This document shows, one piece after another, positions 52,796 to 62,231 of a stretch of 64,000 nucleotides of DNA (positions are counted from its first letter, which is position 1; every line of letters starts with the position of its first letter). Source of the DNA: an uncultured Actinomycetes bacterium (GTDB lineage: Bacteria > Actinomycetota > UBA4738 > HRBIN12). The translations under genes were made by a program, and so were the position numbers. Where the stretch lies: positions 207,953 to 271,952 of the forward strand of contig CAVSFP010000008.1 of NCBI GenBank assembly GCA_963727185.1, read 5' to 3'. Under the pieces are notes generated by a model. The model saw only the letters and a program-made list of their open reading frames with translations, was not told the origin of the DNA and ran no database searches.

Positions 52796-54067
52796 ATGAC
52801 CGCGCGCCGGATCATCCGCACGTACCTCGGCATCGCCGCCAGCACCACGCTCGCGCAATCGCTCATCTGGGGCGTCAACACGCTCTTTCTGTTGTCGGTC
52901 GGGCTCAACATCTTCCAGGTGATGCTGGTGAACGCGGCGTACACCGTGGCGCAGGTGTTCTTCGAGGTGCCGACCGGGGTGGTCGCCGACACCCTCGGGC
53001 GGCGGGTCTCCTACCTGCTGGCGGTCGGCATCATCTTCGTCTCGACGCTGCTGTACGTGTGGTTCGGACTCGCCCATCTCGGCGTGGGTCCCTTCGCCCT
53101 CGCCTCGGCGCTGCTCGGGCTGGGCTACACCTTCTACACGGGCGCCGTGGATGCGTGGATGGTCGACGCCTTGCGGTCAATGGAGTACCCGGGCCCGCTC
53201 GAGCCCATCTTCGCCCGGTACGGCATGGTCTTCGGCGTGTTCATGCTCATCGGCACCACGGCCGGCGGCTTTCTCGGGCAGATCGACCTGTGGATCCCCT
53301 ACGTCGTGCGGGCCGCCGTCCTCATCCCCGCATTTCTGTTAGGGCTGCTGATCATGCGCGATGTCGGCTTCAAGGGCCGTCCGCTCAAGCTGGGCAGCTT
53401 CGCGCGCGAGACGCGGCGCATCGCCACGGCCGGCATCACCTACGGGCTCCGCGACCGCGTGGTGCTCTTCATCATGTTCGCCACCCTGGTCCAGGGCGTG
53501 TTCTTCATCTACGGCTTCTACTCGTGGCAGAAGTACTTCCTCGATCTGCTGGGGCGTGACCTGGTGTGGGTCACTGGCGTGATCGCGGCGCTCGTGGGAG
53601 TCACGCAGATCATCGGCAACGCCCTCGTCGGCCGGATCACCAGAAGGGTCCCGGACCGTGGGCTCATCCTCATGGTGTGCACCGGCGTCTCGGCGGCGGC
53701 GATCGTGGGCGCCGCGCTGGTCCACGTGTTCTGGATCGCGGTGCCGCTCTACCTCGTCTCCACGGCGATGTTCGGGATCTCCATGCCGGTGAAGCAGGGC
53801 TGGCTGAACTCGCGCATCCCGTCGGAGGAACGCGCCACCATCATCTCGCTGGACGCCCTGTTCGGCGACGGCGGTATGACTGTCGGCCAGGTGGGTCTCG
53901 GCTACCTGTCGCAGGCGTTCTCGATTCCGTTCGCCTGGGTGGTCGGCGGACTCACCCAGGTCGTCGGCGTGCCGCTGTACGGGGCGGCACGGCGGGCGGA
54001 GCGGGCGGAGCGGGCGGAGCCCGAGGAGCCCGCCGTGGAGTCGCCCGGCGAGGTCCCCGCGGCGTGA
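52796..54067 (+). CDS. MFS transporter
   Basis: ATG 52796 within ORF 52673..54067. About 12 TM helices and an MFS motif A-like GVVADTLGRRVS. Confidence 0.85.
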   Translation: MTARRIIRTYLGIAASTTLAQSLIWGVNTLFLLSVGLNIFQVMLVNAAYTVAQVFFEVPTGVVADTLGRRVSYLLAVGIIFVSTLLYVWFGLAHLGVGPFALASALLGLGYTFYTGAVDAWMVDALRSMEYPGPLEPIFARYGMVFGVFMLIGTTAGGFLGQIDLWIPYVVRAAVLIPAFLLGLLIMRDVGFKGRPLKLGSFARETRRIATAGITYGLRDRVVLFIMFATLVQGVFFIYGFYSWQKYFLDLLGRDLVWVTGVIAALVGVTQIIGNALVGRITRRVPDRGLILMVCTGVSAAAIVGAALVHVFWIAVPLYLVSTAMFGISMPVKQGWLNSRIPSEERATIISLDALFGDGGMTVGQVGLGYLSQAFSIPFAWVVGGLTQVVGVPLYGAARRAERAERAEPEEPAVESPGEVPAA

Positions 54068-54073
54068 CGTTTC

Positions 54074-54100
54074 GGCGCCCGCCGGGCCGTTCCGGGCGCC
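54074..54100 (+). terminator. Hairpin after the MFS gene (no clear U-tract)
   Basis: GGCGCCCG-N11-CGGGCGCC, an 8-bp stem starting 7 nt after the stop codon. Confidence 0.3.
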
Positions 54101-54177
54101 ACGGACGGACGCCAGTGCCTTCTTTGACCCTCGCGTGAAGCGCGGTTCCCGCCGATAAATACCCCCGGTCAGGCACA

Positions 54178-55284
54178 ATGGCGGCGGAGGGATCCATGAG
54201 CGGCGAGCTGGAAGTCACGGAAGAGCTGAGGGCGCAGTACGCGAAGGACACGGCGGAGGCGCTGGCGCGTGAGGGACTGGACCCGAACGTGGTGGAGGTG
54301 TGGGAGGACGGCTACCGCACCGCCGGCCGCGACGACGCCTTCGAGTGGTGGTACTTTGACGCCCATTTCGACGACGGGTCCACCGCGGTCGTGGTGATGA
54401 CGTCCAAGCCGCTGACCGATCCCAAAGGTCCCCTTCGCCCCAGCGTGCTCATCATCTCCAAGCCGGCGGACGGCAAGCGCGAGAGCGTGAGCGCGGCCGC
54501 CAAGCCGGCCGACTTCTCCGCCGGCACGGCCGGCTGCGACGTGCGCATCGGGCCGAGCTGGGCCAAGGGCGACCTGAGCACCTACCAGCTGCACGCCGAG
54601 GCGGGCGGCACTGTGGTGGACCTGGACATCAGGCGTGTGGGGCCTTCCTGGCGACCGGGCGCCGCCGTGAGCTACTTTGACGAGGCCAAGACCAGGTTCT
54701 TCGCGTGGGTCGTGCCGGTCCCATACGGCACCGTCATGGGGACCATCGCCCGGGACGGCGTGGCGCGCGCCGTGAGCGGCGACCTCTACCACGATCACAA
54801 CTGGGGCAACGCCAGCCTTGGCAGCATGATCGACCACTGGTACTGGGGACGAGCCCACGTGGCCGACTTCAGCCTCATATTCACGCAGCTGACCACGGTG
54901 AAGATCTTCGGCCACGGCGGCATCAAGCTGCCAGTCTTCTACCTCTCCAAGGGTGACGAGATCCTCACCGACGACGGCCTGCCGCTGCGTCTCACCACGT
55001 CCGGCGAGGAGAGCGGCCCCGGCGGCCAGACCTATCCCACGAGCCTGGACTGGCACTGGGAGACGGCGGACGGCACGGTCGATATGGCTCTGCGCGACCC
55101 GCGCCTACTGGAGGACATCGACCTGGCGGCGGACTTCCCGGGCTGGGCCAAGCCCCTCATCCACCTTGTCGCCAACCCCTACTACTACGACTTCGACGCC
55201 GATCTGGAGCTCGCCGTGGACCTCAAGGGCGTCAAGGAGACCGTTCGCGGGAAGGCCATCTTCGAGAAGATGATGTTCCGCTGA
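54178..55284 (+). CDS. CrtC/AttH-like (hydroxyneurosporene-synthase fold) protein
   Basis: 368-aa ORF with the motifs FEWWYFDAHFDDGS and LYHDHNWGN, typical of the CrtC/AttH lipocalin-like family. Confidence 0.7.
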   Translation: MAAEGSMSGELEVTEELRAQYAKDTAEALAREGLDPNVVEVWEDGYRTAGRDDAFEWWYFDAHFDDGSTAVVVMTSKPLTDPKGPLRPSVLIISKPADGKRESVSAAAKPADFSAGTAGCDVRIGPSWAKGDLSTYQLHAEAGGTVVDLDIRRVGPSWRPGAAVSYFDEAKTRFFAWVVPVPYGTVMGTIARDGVARAVSGDLYHDHNWGNASLGSMIDHWYWGRAHVADFSLIFTQLTTVKIFGHGGIKLPVFYLSKGDEILTDDGLPLRLTTSGEESGPGGQTYPTSLDWHWETADGTVDMALRDPRLLEDIDLAADFPGWAKPLIHLVANPYYYDFDADLELAVDLKGVKETVRGKAIFEKMMFR

Positions 55285-55442
55285 TCCGCCGGGGATGACG
55301 CCGGCGAGGGGACGAGGAGGCGCCCGATCTCCACGATGGGGAGCGCGCGGGCACCCTCGGCCTCGCCGGCGCCACGCTTGTGGGCATGGATGCTTCTGGT
55401 CGCCGCTGACGCACCGCTGATCTCCGGCGGGGCCGGGCCGCC

Positions 55443-55844
55443 TTATCGCTGCTGCGGCGGCTTGTGCACGCCGATGCGGTTGCCCTCCGAGTCTCTGAAG
55501 AAACCGATGCTGCCGACCATCTCGCCCATGTCCTGCACCGGCATGAGGATCTCGCCGCCCGCCTCGGCGGCGCGCTGGAGCATGCCTTCGGGATCGTCGT
55601 GGCTGTTCAGGTAGACGGTGCAGCCGTCGGTGCTGGGCTTCTGGTTCTCGCCCAGGGCCAGGTCGAAGGCGACCGGCATCTGGCTGTCGGCGTCTCCGGA
55701 GCCGGGCTCCTGCGGGGCCGGCAGGCCGATTCCCGGCATGCCCTCGACCGCGATGAACGGGTGCTGCAGGACCGCGCTGTAGAACTTCATGGCGCGGTCG
55801 AGATCGGTGACCGGGATGTCGGCCCACACGATCATGTCGTCCAT
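55443..55844 (-). CDS. VOC/glyoxalase-family protein
   Basis: 133 aa from ATG 55844 (MDDMIVWADIPVTDLDRAMKFY...FFRDSEGNRIGVH). The rest of ORF 55443..56408 is spurious. Confidence 0.85.
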   Translation of the reverse strand: MDDMIVWADIPVTDLDRAMKFYSAVLQHPFIAVEGMPGIGLPAPQEPGSGDADSQMPVAFDLALGENQKPSTDGCTVYLNSHDDPEGMLQRAAEAGGEILMPVQDMGEMVGSIGFFRDSEGNRIGVHKPPQQR

Positions 55845-55970
55845 GGTCTTCTCCTCTGCTTGTCGAGGCTTGCCCGTGCGGCTCCTCCTCGGGAGGGTAC
55901 CCGGCGGGCGGCTTGGCCTATACTCGCGGGGCCGCGGGTGGATCCGCAGACCGACCGACGAAAGGTACCC

Positions 55971-56357
55971 ATGGAACGATTCACGATCGTCAACATGCTG
56001 GAGATCGACGACTCCGTGGCCGGGCGCGTGGAAGGCCTCGAGGGCCGCTTCGCGCGGGCGCAGCTGGACTCTCGCGATCTGGGCGTGAGCCACTTCCGCT
56101 ACGCGCCCGGCCTCCGTTCCACCATGGGCCACCGGCATCGCGAGCAGGAGGAGGCCTACATCGTGGTCGCCGGCTCCGGCGAGGTCCTGCTGGACGGCGC
56201 GGTGCACCCTCTTAGCCACTGGGACGTGGTGCGCGTCTCGCCGAACGTGGTGCGCGCCTTCGCCGCGGGTCCCGAGGGCCTGGAGATCATCGCCATCGGC
56301 GGTCCCAAGCCCGAGGGTCGCGACGGCGAGATGCTCGGGGTCGAGTGGCCGGAGTGA
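55971..56357 (+). CDS. Cupin-domain protein
   Basis: 128 aa from ATG 55971. Cupin motifs are GHRHREQEEAYIVVAGSG and HWDVVRVSPNVVRAF. Confidence 0.8.
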   Translation: MERFTIVNMLEIDDSVAGRVEGLEGRFARAQLDSRDLGVSHFRYAPGLRSTMGHRHREQEEAYIVVAGSGEVLLDGAVHPLSHWDVVRVSPNVVRAFAAGPEGLEIIAIGGPKPEGRDGEMLGVEWPE

Positions 56358-56608
56358 GCGGACCGGGCGCGCCCGGTCCCGGCTCCGGCCCCACACCCGC
56401 GGACACACCCGCTCCGGGGAGCCCGGGCTACTGCCCGGTCTGCGGCGCCGGGATCCGCTGGATTCCCACGGCCCATCTGTGGCCGAGCCGGAAGTCGGCG
56501 CACGCGGTCCTGGCCAGCCAGAGCGGCATCTGTGCGCACTGCGGCCGCAGCCTCATGTTCACCGTGGTGCACGAGCCGTCCCGGGACGCGGGCGGCGAGA
56601 CGACGTAG
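56345..56608 (+). CDS. Possible small zinc-ribbon protein
   Basis: GTG starts at 56345 and 56354 overlap the cupin stop. High GC3. Two CxxC pairs, CPVC and CAHC, are about 30 aa apart. The N-terminus is Pro/Gly-rich. Tentative. Confidence 0.35.
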   Translation: MAGVSGPGAPGPGSGPTPADTPAPGSPGYCPVCGAGIRWIPTAHLWPSRKSAHAVLASQSGICAHCGRSLMFTVVHEPSRDAGGETT

Positions 56609-56639
56609 TCGGCTCGAGCGGCCGCGGCGGACGCGACCG

Positions 56640-58066
56640 TCACACCCGGTCCTCCGAGGTCCTCCAGGCCGGGGATGGTCCGTGGCCGATCGCCTCGCCG
56701 CGCCCCCGCTTGAAGTCGCAGTGCGCCCTGCCGGTGGCGCGGGTGTTGGTGCGGTACGCGAGGTTGCTCACCAGGCTGCGCAGGGGCTGGCGGCGCCCCA
56801 GGAGGTCGCCGCCCACCCGTCTCGCGATCCGCGGCACGGAGTAGAACTCGCGGTTACAGGTGTCCATCTCGTCGATGATCTGCTCGTCCAGAGACAGCTG
56901 CTTGTACCGGGCCACCGGGAAGGTCAGCGTGTAGTACTTCCAGTCTTCCGGAAGACGATCGAGAGCGATGCGGTCCTCCGCTTTCATCTGGTCCCACAGC
57001 CGCGTGCCCGGCAGGGGCGTCAGAAACAGCGCGTTGAGATGTCCACGCCGTAGGCGCTGGCCGCCTCGGCGATACGCCGGCCGATGCCCGGCTCGTCCAC
57101 GTCCAGGCCGATGATGAAGGACCCGACGACCAGGATGTGGTGCCGCTGGATGCGCCGCACGGAGGCGCGAAAGTCGCGGCCTCTCTGCAGGTTGAACTTC
57201 TTGCCGAGCTCCGCGCAGCCCTTCCGGCGTGGGCGACTCAAAGCCGATGAAGACGCCGCGGCAGCCGGCCCTTCGCGGCCAGCGCCAGGAGTTCCTCGTC
57301 GTCGGCGAAGTTGATGGTGACCTGGGCAGATCCATTCCTTGCCAGATTCGGCCTCGGCCATGGCGCGGAACAGGTCCTTGGCGCGGGCGATGTGGTCGGG
57401 GCGCGTGCCGATCAGGTTGTCGTCCACCACCAGGACACGTCTTCTCGCGGATCGATGGAATTCGCGCACGACATCCGGGATGGGCCGCTGGCGGTAGCGT
57501 GCGCCGTTGAACGCCGTCACGCTGCAGAAGCTGCAGTTCAAGGGACAGCCGCGCGTGGTCTGGATGGCCCCGAAGGCGTATCCCGCCGGCAGCAGATCGT
57601 GACGGGCCGGCGGGACATCGTTGAGATCCGCGCAGCCCGCCGTCGTACCGGTCGCTGCAGGCGGCCGCGGCCGGGCGTCCTCCAGCACCTGCGGCCAGAC
57701 GCTCTCGGCTTCCCCCGTGACGACCGAGTCCACGTGCTCCATGGCCTCGTCCAGCGCACATGGTTGCGTGAATGCCGCCCATGACGACGGGCACGCCCAG
57801 CCGCCGGAAGTGAGCGGCCACTTCGTAGGCGCGGTTCGCCTGCGAGGTGAACGCGGTGATGCCCACCAGGTCCGGCCGCGGCATCGCCGCGTAGTCCGGG
57901 ACGCCGAGGTTCTCGTCCACGATCGAGATTTCCCACTCCGGCGGGGTCAGGCCGGCGAGGACCATCAGGCCCAGCGGCTTCCACACGCGGTAGCGGTTCC
58001 AGCGGTTCTCTTGACCTGGACGATGCTGACGAGCGGGTTGGACGGATTGATCAGAAGGAGTCGCAT
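56640..58066 (-). pseudogene. B12-binding-domain radical SAM protein, multiply frameshifted
   Basis: ATG 58066 (MRLLLINPSNPLVSIVQVK, read by me). The B12-binding half is PLGLMVLAGLTP...DLVGITAFTSQANRAYEVA...VVMGGIH. The radical-SAM half is TTRGCPLNCSFCS (ORF 57020..57742). The C-terminal part is ALFLTPLPGTRLWDQM (ORF 56640..58121). At least 6 frame switches between about 56900 and 58015. Confidence 0.8.
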
Positions 58067-58174
58067 GCCCTTGAAGCATAGACCAATGTGCGTCAGTAGC
58101 CAGCGTACGCTCCGTGATCACCCGATCGGCGTCCGCTCGCGGACCAGCCGGCCAGGGCTCATTCCTCGCACCTG

Positions 58175-58220
58175 TTGACAGTAATGCGCTTCACGTGTAA
58201 GTTACTACTGACACGTGAAG
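58175..58220 (+). promoter_or_regulatory. Putative promoter with an overlapping palindromic operator upstream of the ArsR-family gene
   Basis: TTGACA (58175-58180), a 17-nt spacer, then TAAGTT (58198-58203). A perfect 9-bp inverted repeat CTTCACGTG-N14-CACGTGAAG (58189-58197 and 58212-58220) spans the -10 and reaches the GAAGGAGG Shine-Dalgarno. Confidence 0.5.
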
Positions 58221-58227
58221 GAGGCTC

Positions 58228-58566
58228 ATGACCGATGACCGGACCGGCGACCAGCTTCTGCTGATGCTGGCGGCGCTGGCCAACCCTCACCGGCTGCGCA
58301 TCCTGGCGGCGCTGAGTGAGCGTCAGGCCTACGTGAGCGAGCTGGCCCGCGAGCTCGGCATCAGCCGGCCGCTCCTGCACATGCATCTGCAGGCGCTGCA
58401 GAAGGCGGGTCTCGTGGTCGGACGCCACGAGGTGTCGGCCGAGGGCAAGGCGCTGCGCTACTACGAGGTCACACAGTTCGACGAACGTCTCACCCCGCAG
58501 CGCATCACGGCGGCGGCGAGCAGCCTGAGCAATGAGAGCGGACCGGATGGAAAGGTGGAGAGATGA
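58228..58566 (+). CDS. ArsR/SmtB-family winged-helix transcriptional regulator
   Basis: 112-aa ORF. LAALANPHRLRILAAL...YVSELARELGISRPLLHMHLQALQKAGLV is a canonical ArsR HTH. Confidence 0.88.
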   Translation: MTDDRTGDQLLLMLAALANPHRLRILAALSERQAYVSELARELGISRPLLHMHLQALQKAGLVVGRHEVSAEGKALRYYEVTQFDERLTPQRITAAASSLSNESGPDGKVER

Positions 58567-58847
58567 CTATCGGGATGATCGCGGCGATCGGATGGCCCGC
58601 CACAGTGATCGCGGTGATCGTCGTCATCGGCGTCGTGGCGCTGATCTCGACGGTCGTGGCGAGCAACGCGAGCGTCGCCAGCGAGAAGGCCAAGGGCAAG
58701 TTCACCGAGCAGTACCGCGAACTGGTGGTCAGCTACGAGGCCCTCGCCCAGGAGACGCGCGACCTGCAGACGAGCATGCAGGCCGAGCTCGCAGAGCTCC
58801 GCCAGAAGGTGGAGTCGATCGAGCACATGATGCGCGAGGTGGCCTGA
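58563..58847 (+). CDS. Small membrane-anchored coiled-coil protein co-transcribed with the ArsR regulator
   Basis: 94-aa ORF whose ATG overlaps the ArsR stop (ATGA). One TM helix followed by a heptad-like helix (QTSMQAELAELRQKVESIEHMMREVA). Confidence 0.55.
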   Translation: MTIGMIAAIGWPATVIAVIVVIGVVALISTVVASNASVASEKAKGKFTEQYRELVVSYEALAQETRDLQTSMQAELAELRQKVESIEHMMREVA

Positions 58848-58958
58848 GCGCCGACGCCTTGAGCGCGGTCTCAGCCGCGTAAGTCGGCGCGGCCTGTGTG
58901 GCGCGTCAGCCGTATCGCTGTCCGGGAAGCGGCCCGGCGCGCCGCCCCTTCGAAGCGC

Positions 58959-59351
58959 TCAGGAGGATGATTCCGGCTGGAAGAGAGCCAGGGTGTTGCC
59001 GTCGGGATCCTTGAACCACGCCGATCTGCCGATGCCTGGGCTGGTCAGGACGTGGTCGACCATCTTGAGATCGCCGAACTCGACCGTGTCGAACTCGACC
59101 CCTCGCTGCGCCAGCTCCGCGACGTCGGCGGCGATGTCGGCTGACCAGAAGCGCACCTGCGTGTGGTCGGCTTTGTTGGGAGAGGGACGACCGTAGAGGA
59201 GCAGAGTCGTCCCGTCTCCACACTCGAACACCAGATGGTTCTTGATGGTCGCGCTCGAGAGCGTGAGCCCGACCTTGCTCTCGTAGAAGTCCTTGCTTCT
59301 CTCCAGGTCGGTGGAGCACAACACCGCCGACACTCTGTCGCTGCTGACCAC
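58959..59351 (-). CDS. VOC/glyoxalase-family protein
   Basis: 130 aa from GTG 59351, behind AAGGAGG. Blocks are LCSTDLERSKDFYESKVGL and WFKDPDGNTLALFQ. Confidence 0.8.
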   Translation of the reverse strand: MVSSDRVSAVLCSTDLERSKDFYESKVGLTLSSATIKNHLVFECGDGTTLLLYGRPSPNKADHTQVRFWSADIAADVAELAQRGVEFDTVEFGDLKMVDHVLTSPGIGRSAWFKDPDGNTLALFQPESSS

Positions 59352-59452
59352 GGGAGCCTCCTTGGGCGAGACCTGTCTCCGATCCGTGCCGAGGCTCACC
59401 TGCCGCCTCTCCGAGGGTGTCGCCCGCCGGGTCGAGTCGGCAAACCGTTGGG

Positions 59453-60427
59453 CTAGACGACGATCTCGCGCCCCACGACGACCTCGTGGTAGCGGTCGCC
59501 GAAGGCGTCCTTGAAGGCGCCGATCGTCCAGTCGCAGCTGTCGTGAGCCGAGATCCCTACGAGGCTCGGCTTCTTCTCCTCGAGGAAGTCCACGGTCGCC
59601 CACACGTCGGACTTCTTGATGCCCTGCCAGGGCAGCCGGCCCGTGCCGATGACTTTCTGCATGCCGAAGCGCATGCGCGAGCGGGTGACGGGAAAGTGCA
59701 GTCCGCCGATCACGCCGTACAGGGGAGCGTCGAACAGGGCCTCGGCCCGCTCCACGGCGCGCTCGATGGTCTGATGGCCGCAGCCGACGATGAGGACGAT
59801 GCCTTTGCCCTCCACGTTCACCGCGAGCGCCTGCTCCTGGGTCAGCCCCATGAGCCACAGGGCGCGGGCGATGGGACCGATGCTGAAGACGCCCGGGGCG
59901 ATCTCCGCCGGGCCGGTCATGACCTTCATGCGCGCGGAGGGGTGCGTCATGTCAACGGGGACGTAGGCGTCGACGGCGAGCGGCTCCGCATCCCCGGGCG
60001 TGAGCTCGAACGTGCGCGCCCTCTGCGCTTTGAGGCCCCCCACGTGGTCCATGTGCAGGTGCGACACGAACACCCCGTCGATCTCATCGCGGGACACGCC
60101 GAGGGTCGCCATGTTCTGGAGCAGGGCCGAGGGCGACGACTTCTTCTGGTTGTAGCCCAGATCGAAGAGGAGCGTGAGGTCGTCCGCCCGCACGAGGTAG
60201 GAGACGCCAGGCTCGCCGATCAGCGTCGCGTCGGCCACGAAGTAGTCGATGAGCGGAAGGACCGACAGACTGCCGACGGAGCCGGGGTGCTCGATCCGCG
60301 GCGGGACCGTCTCCCGCCACAGTCGGTCGGCCTCGCGACGTTCACGTTCGAACTTGAGAGTCGAAGCGGCTGCCAGACCTGCGACGGCCAAGCCGCCGGC
60401 GACCGCAGCCGAAGCACCTTTGCGCAT
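59453..60427 (-). CDS. MBL-fold metallo-hydrolase with an N-terminal signal peptide
   Basis: 324-aa ORF with the metal motif SHLHMDHVGG and the signal-like N-terminus MRKGASAAVAGGLAVAGLAAAS. Confidence 0.85.
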   Translation of the reverse strand: MRKGASAAVAGGLAVAGLAAASTLKFERERREADRLWRETVPPRIEHPGSVGSLSVLPLIDYFVADATLIGEPGVSYLVRADDLTLLFDLGYNQKKSSPSALLQNMATLGVSRDEIDGVFVSHLHMDHVGGLKAQRARTFELTPGDAEPLAVDAYVPVDMTHPSARMKVMTGPAEIAPGVFSIGPIARALWLMGLTQEQALAVNVEGKGIVLIVGCGHQTIERAVERAEALFDAPLYGVIGGLHFPVTRSRMRFGMQKVIGTGRLPWQGIKKSDVWATVDFLEEKKPSLVGISAHDSCDWTIGAFKDAFGDRYHEVVVGREIVV

Positions 60428-60564
60428 GTCCCCTCCAGGATGTCGTGGCGCAGCTCGGCAGGAGCCTGCGCAATCGTCGCACCGCCGCCTGGGCGGGACA
60501 AGTCATTTGCTGTGAGGAGCTGGGACGAGGCTCGTGCCCCGGCATGGGGCCAGGCCCGAAGGCG

Positions 60565-61974
60565 TCACTGCATGCGCGCCGGCAAGGAGCGAGCCAGCCG
60601 CAGCGCTTTGGCGGCACAGGCGGCGCTGTAGCGGTCGAGGTATCGGGTCCGGGCCGCGCCGCGGAGGCGCAGAGCCGCTGCCTCTGCGCGCGCCTGCGCG
60701 TCGGTGAGGCTCCGCTCAAAGGCGCCGTAGACGCGCCGCACAAGCGGCCGGTAGTGCCCGTAGCGGGAGCTGCCGGCTACCCTGCCCGGTCTGTCGAGGC
60801 TCGTGGCGACTGCGCGGAACGCCCAGAACGCAGTCGCGTCTCGCCACTCCGCCGGCAGACTCGTCGCGCCCGCGTAGAACGGCACGAAGGTGCTCGAGCA
60901 CGGTCGCGACTGCGCCACCCACACCACGCCGCCGACTGCGTCTGGCAGCCAGCCACGCAGCTGCACGACCGTGCTGTAGTCCGTGTAGCGCGCGCAGATC
61001 GGCCGCGTGGTCATGGCGTGCGGGCTCATCGCCGCGTAGTGCTCGGTCTCGTCGAACGCCGTGCCCTCGTAATGGTAGCGGTCGATGGCGACGATGCTCT
61101 GCCGCGTGACCTGCGCGTCGGGGACCACGCAGACCGGAAGCTGCGCCCACGGCGTCGTGGCCGGCAGGCCCAGCGACGGCGCCAGCAGGTGCACCGCTCC
61201 CCACAGCCGGTTCACGTTGTAGTACCGCTCCAGCTCGGTGCGGTCGGCGTATGCCCAGGCCACGTCGAACGGTCCACTGGCCAGGTCGTAGCGACCGAGG
61301 CCGACGGCGAACTGCTCGAGGTCGGCAGACCCGCGGAAGCGGCTTGGGTCGCCCAGGTCCACCTGGCGGATGCACACCATGTTGGGATGGATCCAGACGG
61401 CGTTGTCGGGCACCCGTGCGGCCACCCAATGGTGTCCGCCGAGGAGTTCGAAGACCCACGCTTCCTTGGGGTCGGCCACGGCCAGGCTTCCCGCGGCCTC
61501 CGCCTTGAAGCCCTGCGTCTGTGCCATGTCACCGAGCATGTCGATGGCCTGGCTGGCGGTGCGGCAGCGGCCGAGGATGCGGTCCCAGAGCTCGTAGCCC
61601 CAGCCGCTCTCGACATACGGGTCCGCCGCGAGCACCGACTTGTCGAGGTCCGTCTCGGCGCCGAACAGCAGACCGAGCTGGTGCTGGTTGATCCCACCCT
61701 CGGCGCTCGCGACTTTGGTGAAGAACTTGACGAAGCGCTGCGAGCCGGCGCCTCGGGCGCGCACGACCCGCATCGCCATCCAGTTGCGGGAGCCCCAGTC
61801 GTTGCTGTAGCCCATGAGAACGGAGCCGTCGGCGGTGGCGTCCTTGCCGGCCGCGACGAAGAAGCAGCGACGCTCGACTGGTGTCGACGAGGCGGCTCGG
61901 GCCGCGGCGACCGCGGGGACCACGAGGAGCGCCGTGACGGCCAGAGTCAGCAGGATGACTGAGCGACGATTCAT
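60565..61974 (-). CDS. Peptidase C69-family (Ntn-hydrolase dipeptidase), secreted
   Basis: ATG 61974 (MNRRSVILLTLAV...). After the signal peptide comes CFFVAAGKDATADGSVLMGYSNDW, the C69 N-terminal nucleophile-Cys pattern. Confidence 0.75.
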   Translation of the reverse strand: MNRRSVILLTLAVTALLVVPAVAAARAASSTPVERRCFFVAAGKDATADGSVLMGYSNDWGSRNWMAMRVVRARGAGSQRFVKFFTKVASAEGGINQHQLGLLFGAETDLDKSVLAADPYVESGWGYELWDRILGRCRTASQAIDMLGDMAQTQGFKAEAAGSLAVADPKEAWVFELLGGHHWVAARVPDNAVWIHPNMVCIRQVDLGDPSRFRGSADLEQFAVGLGRYDLASGPFDVAWAYADRTELERYYNVNRLWGAVHLLAPSLGLPATTPWAQLPVCVVPDAQVTRQSIVAIDRYHYEGTAFDETEHYAAMSPHAMTTRPICARYTDYSTVVQLRGWLPDAVGGVVWVAQSRPCSSTFVPFYAGATSLPAEWRDATAFWAFRAVATSLDRPGRVAGSSRYGHYRPLVRRVYGAFERSLTDAQARAEAAALRLRGAARTRYLDRYSAACAAKALRLARSLPARMQ

Positions 61975-62231
61975 GACCTCTCCCCGTGCGGACGCCTGTC
62001 CTACTGACATCGGCGCGGAAGGCCGGAATCTTCAGGCGGCGATGCGATCGCACCGACCCGGTTTGAGATCGGTGCCCCGCCGACGGGTCGCGGACGGACG
62101 TAAGACTGAAGCTCGCTCCCGACGCCGCGACCGCCAACTCCGACTTGAGGCGGACACGCTGGGTGGAGTCCGAGCGCTGAGGGTATACGTGCCTACGCAA
62201 GTAAGTCCGGAATCACACAGGAGCACTTCCC

